This document shows, in pieces, positions 39,578-49,642 of a DNA stretch of 64,000 nt. The translations under genes were made by a program, and so were the position numbers. The stretch is taken from positions 288,001-352,000 of the forward strand of contig CAVRVY010000002.1 in NCBI GenBank assembly GCA_963724765.1. The letters run 5' to 3'. Under the pieces are notes generated by a model, which saw only the letters and a list, made by a program, of their open reading frames with translations, was not told the DNA's origin and made no database searches. Position 1 is the first letter of the stretch. Each line of letters opens with the position of its first letter. The stretch comes from an uncultured delta proteobacterium. GTDB lineage: Bacteria; Desulfobacterota; Binatia; Binatales; Binataceae.

Positions 39578-42109
39578 CTAGTTGGAATTGGAAGTCGTAG
39601 ATCTTTCAGCGGCGTCCGGTGGCGGGACTATTGAACGGCTTGGCACCAGGCCCATGAGCTGAAACGGGTTGCTTCCGAACGGGGAACCGGTGCCCAGCGA
39701 GCCCAACCCGGAAAGAGTAAGCTGGAAAATGTAACTCGTGTTGTTCGGATTGTAAGTATCGTCGATAGCAAAATCGGCAAACCAGCAGTCACAGGAGGAC
39801 TTCAGTCGAAACCCGAACACACTCGACAACGTTCGTGACTCGGCCAAGTCGTATACGGGCGCGAAGAAAACCCCGACACGATTGAACAGGCCCATGTAAG
39901 TTGATAGCGAAACTGCACTGATGGCATTCACGGATTTGCTGGTATTTATCAATACGGCGTTCGGCGCGGCGTAAGTATATGACAATTGCATAAACGAGCC
40001 TTGCAACGCCCGCCCCGTATAGACGCTTGGCGAAGTCTGCCCGGGTGGCTGAAAAGACAGCGAGAAGTTGAACGCATCGAGACCCTGCTTAGGGCGCGGG
40101 CTCCAGTCGAGCGTGGACCCGGCGGAAAGGATGCTGGTCGGGAAAAGCTGTCCCTGCAAGGCCACGTCCGAGAGATGGGAGCCATCGTTCGACACCGCGT
40201 GGGTCGTGTCGTAAGCCTGTTCGACGCTGAAGCGCAGAAGCTCCGAAGTGGAGCCGCTCGCGCTCGTGAAGCTCGGCCCCAGCATTGCCAAAACCCGGTT
40301 GCCTAGGTTAACGCCCGGCGTCCGGGCCTCGGCCTGACCGAAAATCCGCAGACTGACTCCATAGTCAATGAGACTGCGGGCCTCCATTCGGTCGGTGCTG
40401 TCAAATATTGGAAATTGGTTCTGGTTAATGGTGGGAACATAACTGTACTGCGTGAATGGCTGGATCAGGGTCTCGATCTTGCGCAAGCCCCATTTGTTCA
40501 GATCGTAACTGTCGATCAGCGCGCTGCGCACCCCGACGTTGGTGTAAGGTATGGCGCGAGCCATCAAACCGCCCGGCGCCAGCCCGCCCAACGTCAGACC
40601 ATTATTGTATATTAGACCCTGGGTTCCCACCGGGATCACGTTTACCTGATGTCCGGAGACGTCATAGGCGGCCGTGTCCACTCCCGCGCTCATCCAACCG
40701 TCCAGATAACGGCTCCACATCCAGGGCACCGTCACACGCGGATTCAGGTCAAGCCTCGAGCCGTCGATACCTTGTTCGCGCCAGTAATTCACCGCGGACG
40801 CGTCGTAGTCGAGATAGGCCAAACCACCGGCCAGACCCTGGAACCCGCTCCATAGCAACTTGGGCAAAGTCTGCAAGGCGAAACTCTGTGGTTGAATCAG
40901 GTCCTGGTTCCACACCGTTTCCAGTTGCAGGTAGCTATTGTCGAATTCCTGGAACAGCCCAAAGTTTGAGGTTGCAACGCGGTCCGTTTGCCACAACCCA
41001 CTGCCCGATAACCCGTCGGTCGTCCAACCATAATCATGCGATAAGGCGACACTGGGGATCTCTCTGAAAAATCGGCTATCGCTACCGTAAGCCAAGCTGC
41101 CGTATGTGAAGAGACTCGGCGTTAGGTATTCCTGCATGAGACCCACAAAGCCCCAGCGATTGATAGGAATCGTTGGATCGGCGATCTGCGGATCAACTTG
41201 GTCGCTTAGTCGGTTTTGTTCGGAGCGGATGGATTCGTTGAAGAAGCTCCCCGTGACAGAAATATGATCTTTCTCGCCATTCACCAGGCGGTATTCAAGT
41301 TGTCCGCCGATACGCGTCGAGGTTTCGACGTCGAGCTGTGCGGTCATGTCCTGACTTCTGCTGATATCGATGAAATAAGGCTCCAAAAGTGTGGCGCCGT
41401 TCAAGCTCGAATAACCGTATCGCGGAGTAAGGAAACCACTGTGCCGCTCGCTGTTCGTGTTAAATTCCAGGAACGGGACCGGCAGCACAGGATGGCCCAA
41501 AACATCGAAGTACGCGTCACTCGTTGTGGCCGTACCACCAAGATGAAGGTCGATTTGCTTTCCGCTGATGCTCCATTCCGGCCGTTTCGTGTCACCCGTA
41601 CAGGTTGTAATGGAAGCATCGGTAGCCTGGTAGTGCTGCCCGGGAAGTTTGCGTACGTCTTTGCCGGTCAAGTAATAATTGCCGTTGAGAGCAAGAATAC
41701 GGGCATCGGCCAGCCTGGCGGTCTCGTTGTGCAGGTCGAACCAGGCCTGGGTAGAATGTATGTCAGAGGTGGGATCGACTATATGGACATGCCCCACGGC
41801 TACGCCGCGGTAGCGGTGCTGCAGTACGATTTGGTCTGCCGTTATCGTTGTCGGGCCCTGCTCAACCCTCGCCGCTCCAGTGATGGTATAGGTATCGGTC
41901 TTGGCATCGTGATCCAGGGTATGGCCTTCAATATAGACGGGCATGCTGGAGGTTTTACGCTGAGGCCGCAGGGTGTGCAGTTGACTTTGAAGAAACTGCT
42001 GCTCGGTCGGCATTTTTGGCTGGCGCGTTTTCGACGCGGCATGACTATCGGCGGCATACAAGACCAGGCCGACCAGCAACATCAGAACCGCTGCGTTACG
42101 TCGCGCCAT
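39578..42109 (-). CDS. lptD: LptD-family outer membrane LPS-assembly barrel
   Basis: N-terminal OstA-like jellyroll (ITADQI, ASITTC..PEWSI), RHSGFLTPRYGYSS and terminal CDCW..FQLTLSGLG. Confidence 0.88.
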   Translation of the reverse strand: MARRNAAVLMLLVGLVLYAADSHAASKTRQPKMPTEQQFLQSQLHTLRPQRKTSSMPVYIEGHTLDHDAKTDTYTITGAARVEQGPTTITADQIVLQHRYRGVAVGHVHIVDPTSDIHSTQAWFDLHNETARLADARILALNGNYYLTGKDVRKLPGQHYQATDASITTCTGDTKRPEWSISGKQIDLHLGGTATTSDAYFDVLGHPVLPVPFLEFNTNSERHSGFLTPRYGYSSLNGATLLEPYFIDISRSQDMTAQLDVETSTRIGGQLEYRLVNGEKDHISVTGSFFNESIRSEQNRLSDQVDPQIADPTIPINRWGFVGLMQEYLTPSLFTYGSLAYGSDSRFFREIPSVALSHDYGWTTDGLSGSGLWQTDRVATSNFGLFQEFDNSYLQLETVWNQDLIQPQSFALQTLPKLLWSGFQGLAGGLAYLDYDASAVNYWREQGIDGSRLDLNPRVTVPWMWSRYLDGWMSAGVDTAAYDVSGHQVNVIPVGTQGLIYNNGLTLGGLAPGGLMARAIPYTNVGVRSALIDSYDLNKWGLRKIETLIQPFTQYSYVPTINQNQFPIFDSTDRMEARSLIDYGVSLRIFGQAEARTPGVNLGNRVLAMLGPSFTSASGSTSELLRFSVEQAYDTTHAVSNDGSHLSDVALQGQLFPTSILSAGSTLDWSPRPKQGLDAFNFSLSFQPPGQTSPSVYTGRALQGSFMQLSYTYAAPNAVLINTSKSVNAISAVSLSTYMGLFNRVGVFFAPVYDLAESRTLSSVFGFRLKSSCDCWFADFAIDDTYNPNNTSYIFQLTLSGLGSLGTGSPFGSNPFQLMGLVPSRSIVPPPDAAERSTTSNSN

Positions 42110-42149
42110 TTGCCACTCGCCTTACCTTTGCCTCGGTGATCGCCACGAG

Positions 42150-42165
42150 TGCAACAGTTCCACCA
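42150..42165 (-). promoter_or_regulatory. Possible sigma54 promoter of lptD-lptE
   Basis: Minus strand TGGtggaactgTTGCA (GG-N10-GC), about 40 bp upstream of the ATG. Confidence 0.4.
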
Positions 42166-42760
42166 ATGGCCGTACCTTGCATCGGCATTTACTCCGGTCA
42201 GTTCTGCTCGGCCCGTCCAAATGTTCGCGGGGTTGCCAGCGCGAGCCGCGGTCGAGGCGAAAAAGCTCGCAGTACGAGCAGCGTTTCGGTCCTCACGAGC
42301 GCCCCGCAGCCAAAGGGTTCACCAGCGTCCCACGACCTACGCCGTCGGTTGCCGACGGTTACAAAAATTTGGCCGAACCTCTGCAAAAGGACCCCCGCAG
42401 TCCGGACGCAGGACCGTTTGAAACCAAGCCGCAGTCGCTGACCCCCTGGCCCACCGGGCCGACGATGTTTCCAGTTGCCGTCGGCGCCAACTTTCCCGCG
42501 TCAGCGTATGGCCTTTCCCACCAAACGTCAAAGCAGTGAGATCGATTGTCAGCGGGCTCGCTCGGCGTCACGAGTTTGTCGCTGATGGCATAAATCTAGC
42601 GCCGCCGGCTGGCGTTGGCTTCGCTGGGCTGCGGACTTTCGTGGCCTGACGGCCCGATTAAGGCGCATTGCAGTGCGGCAACTCGTTTTCACTCACGGCT
42701 TGGAAGTTGCTCAATGCGCAGAGTCATGTTAGCGATCGACTCGGCGGGTGGGCGTTCTTG

Positions 42761-44137
42761 ATGCTAGAGACTCCGGTTCGCAGGTGGAATAAATCGGTAA
42801 TCACGGCGGTTCGCTTGAAACAAGGAACCGCGCACGCCAACGGAGGCGCTGCCGGGAGGTTGACCGCGTTTAAGCTGAGCCGTCCCTGGCTTCTATTTCT
42901 ACTCCTCATAATGTTGGCACCGGGTTGCACGGGAAGCGACGGCGGATCGCAACCGTCGCCATTGCCGACCGCTACGTCGGCGCCTTCGCCTATACCTTCA
43001 CCCACGCCTACCCCTGCACGAGGGATCATTCACTTTGTTCCGAACTCCCATGCGTTCTGGAGCAACCCGGCGAACTGGACCAGCAGCTATGGCCCGGCCT
43101 ATGCCAATATCCTGCTCACAGGCAGCAATTTTCTGCCCTGCAGAGGCGGCCCCTTCGCGCTCTGTTATTACTCGGGCCCCAACACCGCTCCCGAAGACTT
43201 ATCCTGCACGTTGACCGCGGACGGGCTTTACGCGAACTGCAAATGCTACGACATACCCTATGGAGTGTACTTCGTAGATATAAATGGCATCCTTAACCAC
43301 TCGGTGTATGAGAATACCATCGCACAATGCGGGACCGACGGCAGCCTGTGTGGGACGATCAACTCGGCTCCCGTATGCCAGGCGGTTAATCAGGGGACAT
43401 TGATTCCCGGCACGAACCTGTTCTCGGCCTTCAGCTTCGATTGCATTCCGACCAATGGAATTGGCCAGACCAATTGCACGCAGGCGCCATACGCCGGATG
43501 CATGACCGCGCCCTGCTTCAAGACCAATCAGCCCGGTATCGTCCAATGCTCCTGCCCGGTCTTCGATGGTCCCTACCAGGTGGGCCAGAACGACCAAGCC
43601 TGCATGCTGGGCGATGACCTGGTGTGGTCGGCCGCGTACGCTCCGCCCACAATGGCCGCTTCTTCGCTCAATTTATCCGCCCCGGCTGAAGTTGCGGCGC
43701 CGGCGGCCGTTCCCAGTCCGGGCACCTGCCTGCCGGATGCCCCTGGCGGGATGGGATGTCCACTGTATGTGCCGGGAACCACCATGCTGCCAGCCGATAG
43801 CGGCGTTGACTGCGCAAAGGTTTGCAATGAATACCGCACTTGTCAGCAAACGGGAGGGGTTCAGACGGGCTTTACCTGCGATGCCACCCTTTGTACTGAC
43901 GAATGCAATGACCGGGACCTGGTGGGAACCGCCTGCTCCGGACTGGGAAAGTGCGAGCTTTCGGAAATAATCAAGGCCGAGACGGCTGCGGAATGCAGTT
44001 GTTGCGCGAGCCAGCTATGCGGATGTGACCCGAACGGCAAAACCAATACGGCCATCGCCGGGCTGAACCAGCAGCAGCGCGACCGCAGTATCGAACCGCA
44101 ATGCGATATCAATGGCACTCTGTGCGGAACGCCCTGA
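42761..44137 (+). CDS. Cys-rich secreted lipoprotein (start uncertain)
   Basis: Hydrophobic stretch plus LAPGC lipobox, PSPTPTP linker, then 32 further Cys in two blocks. Confidence 0.75.
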   Translation: MLETPVRRWNKSVITAVRLKQGTAHANGGAAGRLTAFKLSRPWLLFLLLIMLAPGCTGSDGGSQPSPLPTATSAPSPIPSPTPTPARGIIHFVPNSHAFWSNPANWTSSYGPAYANILLTGSNFLPCRGGPFALCYYSGPNTAPEDLSCTLTADGLYANCKCYDIPYGVYFVDINGILNHSVYENTIAQCGTDGSLCGTINSAPVCQAVNQGTLIPGTNLFSAFSFDCIPTNGIGQTNCTQAPYAGCMTAPCFKTNQPGIVQCSCPVFDGPYQVGQNDQACMLGDDLVWSAAYAPPTMAASSLNLSAPAEVAAPAAVPSPGTCLPDAPGGMGCPLYVPGTTMLPADSGVDCAKVCNEYRTCQQTGGVQTGFTCDATLCTDECNDRDLVGTACSGLGKCELSEIIKAETAAECSCCASQLCGCDPNGKTNTAIAGLNQQQRDRSIEPQCDINGTLCGTP

Positions 44138-44233
44138 TTCGCCGCTCCTGCATCACGCAGCGGACGCGAACTTTTCACCCCCTGCGCGGCGGGGGGGGGG
44201 GCCGAACAGCTCTAAAAAGTCCGGTGAGAAAAA

Positions 44234-44591
44234 TGGTGGAGGCGGGGGGAATTGAACCCCCGTCCGAAAACCGCCGAGCGGTGGCCACTACACGCTTATT
44301 CCGCGATTTAATCTCACCGCCTCAACGCCCACGGACGGGCTGTGCTGCGGCCAGCCACTTTGCGTTTCGGGTGCGCGCCCAAGTGGCCGACGGCGTTTCC
44401 CTAGCCCACTAAATGACGCCCCGCCCCGCTGTCATGGGCGAACAGCGGCGGGACGCTAGCGGCCCTTAGGCCGCCAGAGCGTAACCGTTATTGTCTGCGG
44501 GTAAATTTCGCAGTCTGTTTGTTTAACGGGATAACAGCACCCCGGCGTGCGACCACGGCTTTCTTGTTTCCGTCGAACCCGGTTCGCCCCC
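44234..44591 (-). ncRNA. ssrA: tmRNA; tag peptide (A)ADNNGYALAA*
   Basis: 5' GGGGGCG pairs with 3' CGCCTCC-ACCA, giving the G3-U Ala determinant; GGTTCGAC near the 5' end; T-arm GGTTCAATTCC; internal ORF gca gac aat aac ggt tac gct ctg gcg gcc taa; 358 nt. Confidence 0.97.
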
Positions 44592-44803
44592 ATTTTGGGC
44601 AAGCCTTGCGACTCGCGTCAGCCGTTACGCTCCTTCCAATCTAGAGACTGCGCAGGCCGGACGCAACCGCTGATTCCGCGTGCGAGACGCCCGCCCGTTT
44701 GGCGCTGCGCCGAGTTGGTGTAGCCTGTAGCGTCAAGCGTGAGCGAAACCGCGCCCCATACGTGCGCCGGACCGCCCTACGTTGCCCCAGGCAGCGCGAA
44801 ACG

Positions 44804-46648
44804 ATGGCAAAACGAATCCTCGGCATCTCCGCCTATTATCACGATAGCGCGGCCGCCCTCGTGTGCGACGGCGAAATCGTGGCCGCCGCTCAGGAGGAGC
44901 GCTTCACGCGCAAAAAGCACGACGCCGACTTCCCCCGTCACGCCGCCGCCTGGTGCCTCGGCGCGGCCGGACTCAAGGTCGAGGACCTCGATTCGATCGT
45001 TTTCTACGACAAGCCCTGGGTAAAGTTCGAGCGCATGATGGAGACCTACCTAGGCTACGCGCCACGAGGGCTCGGGTCGTTTCTGACCGCGATGCCGATT
45101 TGGCTCAAGGAGAAGCTCAACCTGCGCTCGGCGCTCAAGCGCGAACTCGCCTCGCTCGACGGCGGCAAGCTCAACGCGCTTCCGCCACTGCTCTTCACCG
45201 AGCATCATCAGGCCCACGCCGCCTCCGCCTTCTTCGCGAGCCCCTTCTGGCGCGCCGCCGTGCTCTGCCTGGACGGGGTGGGCGAGTGGGCGACGACCTC
45301 GGTGTGGCTGGGCGAGGGCAACCGACTGACGCCGCGGTGGCAGATCGATTTTCCGCACTCGCTCGGCCTGCTCTATTCGGCCTTCACCTACTACACCGGT
45401 TTCCGGGTGAACTCGGGCGAGTATAAGGTGATGGGCCTTGCGCCATATGGCGAGCCGCGCTACGCCGGCGCGATCCTCGACCATCTGATCGACGTCAAGC
45501 CCGACGGCACGTTCCGCCTCAACACCGAATATTTCAACTACGTCACCGGCCTGACGATGACCAACCAACGCTTCGACGCGCTTTTTGGCGGGCCGCCGCG
45601 CAAGCCCGAATCGCCGTTGACCCAGCGCGAGATGGACCTTGCGGCCTCGATTCAGAAGGTCACCGAGGACGTGGTCTCGCGCCTGGCGCTGACGGTCCGG
45701 CGCGAGCTTGACGCCGACTATCTCTGCCTGGCAGGCGGCGTAGCGCTCAACTGCGTCGCCAACGGCCGCTTGCTGCGCGAGGGCACCTTCCGCGATATCT
45801 GGATCCAGCCCGCCGCGGGCGACGCCGGCGGCGCGATCGGTGCGGCACTGGCGGGATGGCACCTATACGGCGGCGCGGCGCGCGAGGTCGACGGCGACGA
45901 TCGGATGCACGGCTCGTTTCTGGGCCCGAGTTTCGGCGAAGCCGAGATAAAAGACGCGCTCGATCGCGCGGGCGCTCACTACCAACGCCTGCCCGAGGCC
46001 GACTTGCTGGAGTCCGTCGCCGCGATGCTGGCCGAGGGCGCGGTGGTCGGATGGTTCCAGGGGCGGATGGAGTTTGGGCCGCGCGCGCTCGGCAACCGCT
46101 CGATCCTTGGCGATCCGCGCAACTCGAAAATGCAATCCGTGATGAATCTCAAGATCAAGTACCGCGAATCGTTCCGGCCGTTCGCACCCGCCGTGCTGGT
46201 CGAGCGCGCTGCGGAATACTTCGAGCTCGATCGGCCGAGCCCTTACATGGGGCTGGTCGCCAAGGTGCGCGAGGAACTGCGCCTGCCGATGAGCGACGAG
46301 CAGCACAACCTATTCGGCATCGACAAGCTCAACGTGCCGCGCTCGAGCATCCCGGCCGTCACTCACGTCGACTACTCGGCGCGTATCCAAAGCGTCGACG
46401 CCCGCACCAATCCGCGCTTCCATCGGCTGCTCGAGCGCTTCGCCGCGCGGACCGGATGCGCCGTGCTGGTCAACACCTCGTTCAACGTGCGCGGCGAGCC
46501 GATTGTGTGCACGCCCGAAGATGCGTACCGATGTTTCATGCGCACCGAGATGGACGTTTTGGTGCTGGAGGACTTCGTGCTCGCCAAGACCGACCAGGCC
46601 GAGCGTCCGCGCGACGAGAGCTGGAAGCGCGAGTTCGAACTGGACTGA
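44804..46648 (+). CDS. Carbamoyltransferase, NodU/CmcH/SxtI family
   Basis: ILGISAYYHDSAAAL, AQEERFTRKKHD, EHHQAHAASAF, EYKVMGLAPYG and GRMEFGPRALGNRSILGDPR. Confidence 0.96.
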   Translation: MAKRILGISAYYHDSAAALVCDGEIVAAAQEERFTRKKHDADFPRHAAAWCLGAAGLKVEDLDSIVFYDKPWVKFERMMETYLGYAPRGLGSFLTAMPIWLKEKLNLRSALKRELASLDGGKLNALPPLLFTEHHQAHAASAFFASPFWRAAVLCLDGVGEWATTSVWLGEGNRLTPRWQIDFPHSLGLLYSAFTYYTGFRVNSGEYKVMGLAPYGEPRYAGAILDHLIDVKPDGTFRLNTEYFNYVTGLTMTNQRFDALFGGPPRKPESPLTQREMDLAASIQKVTEDVVSRLALTVRRELDADYLCLAGGVALNCVANGRLLREGTFRDIWIQPAAGDAGGAIGAALAGWHLYGGAAREVDGDDRMHGSFLGPSFGEAEIKDALDRAGAHYQRLPEADLLESVAAMLAEGAVVGWFQGRMEFGPRALGNRSILGDPRNSKMQSVMNLKIKYRESFRPFAPAVLVERAAEYFELDRPSPYMGLVAKVREELRLPMSDEQHNLFGIDKLNVPRSSIPAVTHVDYSARIQSVDARTNPRFHRLLERFAARTGCAVLVNTSFNVRGEPIVCTPEDAYRCFMRTEMDVLVLEDFVLAKTDQAERPRDESWKREFELD

Positions 46649-46657
46649 CGGGCGGCG

Positions 46658-47065
46658 ATGGAGCACCGGACAGGGGAGCGACTACCCGAGTCGGAGTTGC
46701 GCAATTTCGGATTGGTGCTGGGGGCGCTGCTCGCGGCGCTCTTCGGCGTGCTGCCCCTGCTGCGCCATCGCACGCCCGCGCTATGGCCGTGGATCGTTGC
46801 CGCGGTGCTGTGGCTGGCGGCGCTTCTGTGGCCGCGCAGCCTCACGCTGCTCCATCGATGGTGGACGCGGCTGGGGCATGCGTTGGGATGGTTCAACACG
46901 CGGGTCATCCTGACCCTGATTTTCATGATCGTGATCACGCCGTTCAGCTTCGTGATGTGGGTTTTCGGCCGCGACCGGATGAAACGCGGCTTCGACCCCA
47001 AGTGCGAGAGCTACCGGGTGCCGAGCCCGCCGCGTCCGCCGCAAGGAATGGAGAAGCCCTTCTAA
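46658..47065 (+). CDS. SxtJ-family membrane protein
   Basis: LRNFGL, W..LGHALGWFNTRVIL..IF..VITP and C-terminal MEKPF. Confidence 0.88.
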   Translation: MEHRTGERLPESELRNFGLVLGALLAALFGVLPLLRHRTPALWPWIVAAVLWLAALLWPRSLTLLHRWWTRLGHALGWFNTRVILTLIFMIVITPFSFVMWVFGRDRMKRGFDPKCESYRVPSPPRPPQGMEKPF

Positions 47066-47316
47066 GGCTGCTTAGCTTCCCGAACGTCTCGGCCGGTCTC
47101 ACATAGAGACCGTCGGGGCGTTGCACATATGAAGCGTAACGAGAGTTCCTGCGGAATGATTATGAGCTTCCGCGTCACGACCTGTAGAATACTCGGTCAT
47201 TCAGAAGCCGTCTGAAGAATTCGCGCAACGCTCGGCAAGCGAAAAGCCGAGCGTTGCGCGATCACACTAAATGACGAACTGACGATAGTCTCCCAAGGGC
47301 ACTTGAATTGCGCTCT

Positions 47317-48960
47317 TCAGATGGGAGGGTAGCCGCCCGGAGTCCAGGACACGCCGCGCAGGACCTCGCCGAACCCGGCGCTGCGCAGAACATGGAAACT
47401 CTCGGAAGCCGGAAGCGTGGTGGCAGCCAGCTTGTCGCTAATCGCAACGAGCTTGTTCGGATCAGCTCCCTGGTCGCCGCCTCCGCTGACCGTCGAGGTT
47501 ATCGCATAGATGGTCGCGGTACCGTTGCGATTCACGATGCCGGTTATATTGCGGAGTCCGTCGGTCTCGGGAGCCCAGGCCAGATTGGTTGCCGGGTTGT
47601 TCCCGGTCGGATAGCCGGGGACCGTGTACTGCACGCCGAGATTCAACCCGTTCTGCAACACGTAGGCTTCCTGCCACGCGCCAGTCGACGAATTGAAGAT
47701 CCACTTTTGCAGTCCCGCGAACCTCGACGTCGCGGCGTCGCTGAGTGTCCCGTCGCCCTCATCGGCAACATAGAGCGTGGTCGCATTCGCGAACCAGATG
47801 CCGAAAGGAAACGAATTCGTCGAGGTCTTTGCGGACTGGGTCGGGAAGCCGTTAAGGATACACATGTTGCTCGGCAGCGCTCCGCCGCTCTCGATGGTTG
47901 TTGGATTGTACGCCAGCGGTGAGTCCGGCAGAGTCGCGGAACTTGACGGAAGTCCAACCCCCTTGGGACAGGCCGTGCCCGTGGTATCGACAAAGTAGAC
48001 AGTATTGACGCCGTTACTGCCGCTGCCCTTGGTGTAATAGATGACGTTGTTGAAAATCGTCAGGCCGCGGAAGTTGTCGTCCTTGCCGTTCTTGTCCGCC
48101 TTGTCTCCCAGGAGTGTGACCGAAAAGCTGCCCACAGGCGACGGAGTCCCCGGATCCTGCGCCACTTCGGCGATAGTCTCGGGAGTGATGAACTGCGCGC
48201 CGGCGCCAAGCACCACGCCCGGAGGCTGCGGATTGCTGCCGTTACCGGCGTTGCCGGCCGTATAGAAAGCGTCCCCTTCGGTATTGAAAATCGCCGCGCG
48301 GCCATTGTCGCCGCTGTACGCGTTGGTCTCGGTGAAATTGAATCTGCCTTCGCGATCGACTTGCGCGACTGCCCGGTAATAGCTGGTGCCAACCGGATTG
48401 GTCGGATCGACGACCCCCGGCGTATTCGCATTGGAGACGTCCAGCGCGTTCACCGGAGCAACGTAGCCCATGAACGTCAGATAGTTGTGATCCAACGAGA
48501 GGTTAAGCGCCAGCTCAGATTTTGAGCTGAAACCGGTGACCAGGTGATCCCGCGTGGAGGAAAGCCCGAGTTGCAAGCTGTTGGGCACTTCGAGCGAACC
48601 GAGGGGAAGGCCAAACGGAGTGATCTGGTCGAGGAAAATCCGCGAGGTGATGCCGAAGCTGCCGTCGACCAAAGCGTTGTTAAAGACTTGCGGATACGTG
48701 CCGTTGGCGGTCGCGGTCGTGCAGTCGCCGGTCGCGATCACGCAGTCAGGCGGTAGAGGCTCGTTCACCGTCACGTTATTTGGGTTGTTGTCGTAAACGC
48801 TGCGGCTGACCACGAGGTTGCTAGGCAGGAAAAAGAAGGGTTGGGAATGCGGCGTATCCGCGAATACGGAGGCGCCAGCCAGAGAGACCAGCGCTATCGC
48901 AGCGATAGCACGCGCAAATCCACGGATTTGCCATCCCAATTCCGAACTCTTACGAATCAT
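47317..48960 (-). CDS. Secreted hypothetical beta-rich protein
   Basis: Signal peptide ending VFA-D; N/S/T/G-rich, propeller-like repeats (NLVVSRSVY, TLYVADEGDG, LRGVSW); GGAGG RBS before ATG 48960. Confidence 0.75.
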   Translation of the reverse strand: MIRKSSELGWQIRGFARAIAAIALVSLAGASVFADTPHSQPFFFLPSNLVVSRSVYDNNPNNVTVNEPLPPDCVIATGDCTTATANGTYPQVFNNALVDGSFGITSRIFLDQITPFGLPLGSLEVPNSLQLGLSSTRDHLVTGFSSKSELALNLSLDHNYLTFMGYVAPVNALDVSNANTPGVVDPTNPVGTSYYRAVAQVDREGRFNFTETNAYSGDNGRAAIFNTEGDAFYTAGNAGNGSNPQPPGVVLGAGAQFITPETIAEVAQDPGTPSPVGSFSVTLLGDKADKNGKDDNFRGLTIFNNVIYYTKGSGSNGVNTVYFVDTTGTACPKGVGLPSSSATLPDSPLAYNPTTIESGGALPSNMCILNGFPTQSAKTSTNSFPFGIWFANATTLYVADEGDGTLSDAATSRFAGLQKWIFNSSTGAWQEAYVLQNGLNLGVQYTVPGYPTGNNPATNLAWAPETDGLRNITGIVNRNGTATIYAITSTVSGGGDQGADPNKLVAISDKLAATTLPASESFHVLRSAGFGEVLRGVSWTPGGYPPI

Positions 48961-49077
48961 GAGAATTCCTCCCGGAAGTGCTTTGACTTTGCGGGAGACT
49001 AAGCACGGCCTGTTTCCGCAGCTTGATCCGAAGTTTAAGCGCGAATTGCGATCTAAAGAATTCCTGTTTAACCGGGC

Positions 49078-49245
49078 CTCTAGCCGCGTCATCTTCACCG
49101 CCTGCTTGCCCTCCTTGATCCATCGTTCGGCGACTCGTTTGTTGTAGGATCGCGCTGCCACCCAGCTCTCGGCCGTGAGGTTGGTCACGATGAAAGCCGA
49201 CACGGGGAATAACTCCCCAAAGTGAAACTCGACCTTCGCCCATCC
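49078..49245 (-). mobile_element. IS1380-family transposase remnant
   Basis: AKVEFHFGELFP..FIVTNL....YNKR..AERWIKEGKQAVKMTRL resembles the IS1380 DDE third-residue region; the rest is missing. Confidence 0.75.
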
Positions 49246-49485
49246 GCCGCGCGCAAGGGATGGAGAAGTCATTCTGAATCCGATACATCGGCGCGGCGTA
49301 CTCCCCTGAGGCGCCTGGATTACGCGTTGCGGCTGCCGGCCCTCGCCGTGGCTTGGATCGCCTTAATGTCTGACCGCTGGAAGGATGCCTTTTCGCCAGA
49401 AGCCTTGCTTCTACCCTGTGGAATCGTCCTATGCTTGTGCGGCGGGCCGGCCGCGGCTGCGCCATCTACCGGAGTGAGCCTGACG

Positions 49486-49638
49486 ATGCTGGATTTGCTA
49501 AGAGACCTGTGGGGGTTTGCGAGCGAGCGCAAGAAGTTCTGGCTGGTGCCGCTCATCGGCACGCTGCTGGTTCTAAGCGTACTGATCGCAATTGCCGAAT
49601 TCTCCACCGTCGCCCCATTTATCTACACGTTGTTCTAG
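49486..49638 (+). CDS. SxtK / DUF5989-family small membrane protein
   Basis: LWGF..ERKKFWLVP...VAPFIYTLF. Confidence 0.9.
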   Translation: MLDLLRDLWGFASERKKFWLVPLIGTLLVLSVLIAIAEFSTVAPFIYTLF

Positions 49639-49642
49639 GCCG

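Noticed and set aside
44234-44270. tRNA gene
   Set aside because: This is the tRNA-like 3' domain of tmRNA; the matching 5' end and tag ORF are present.
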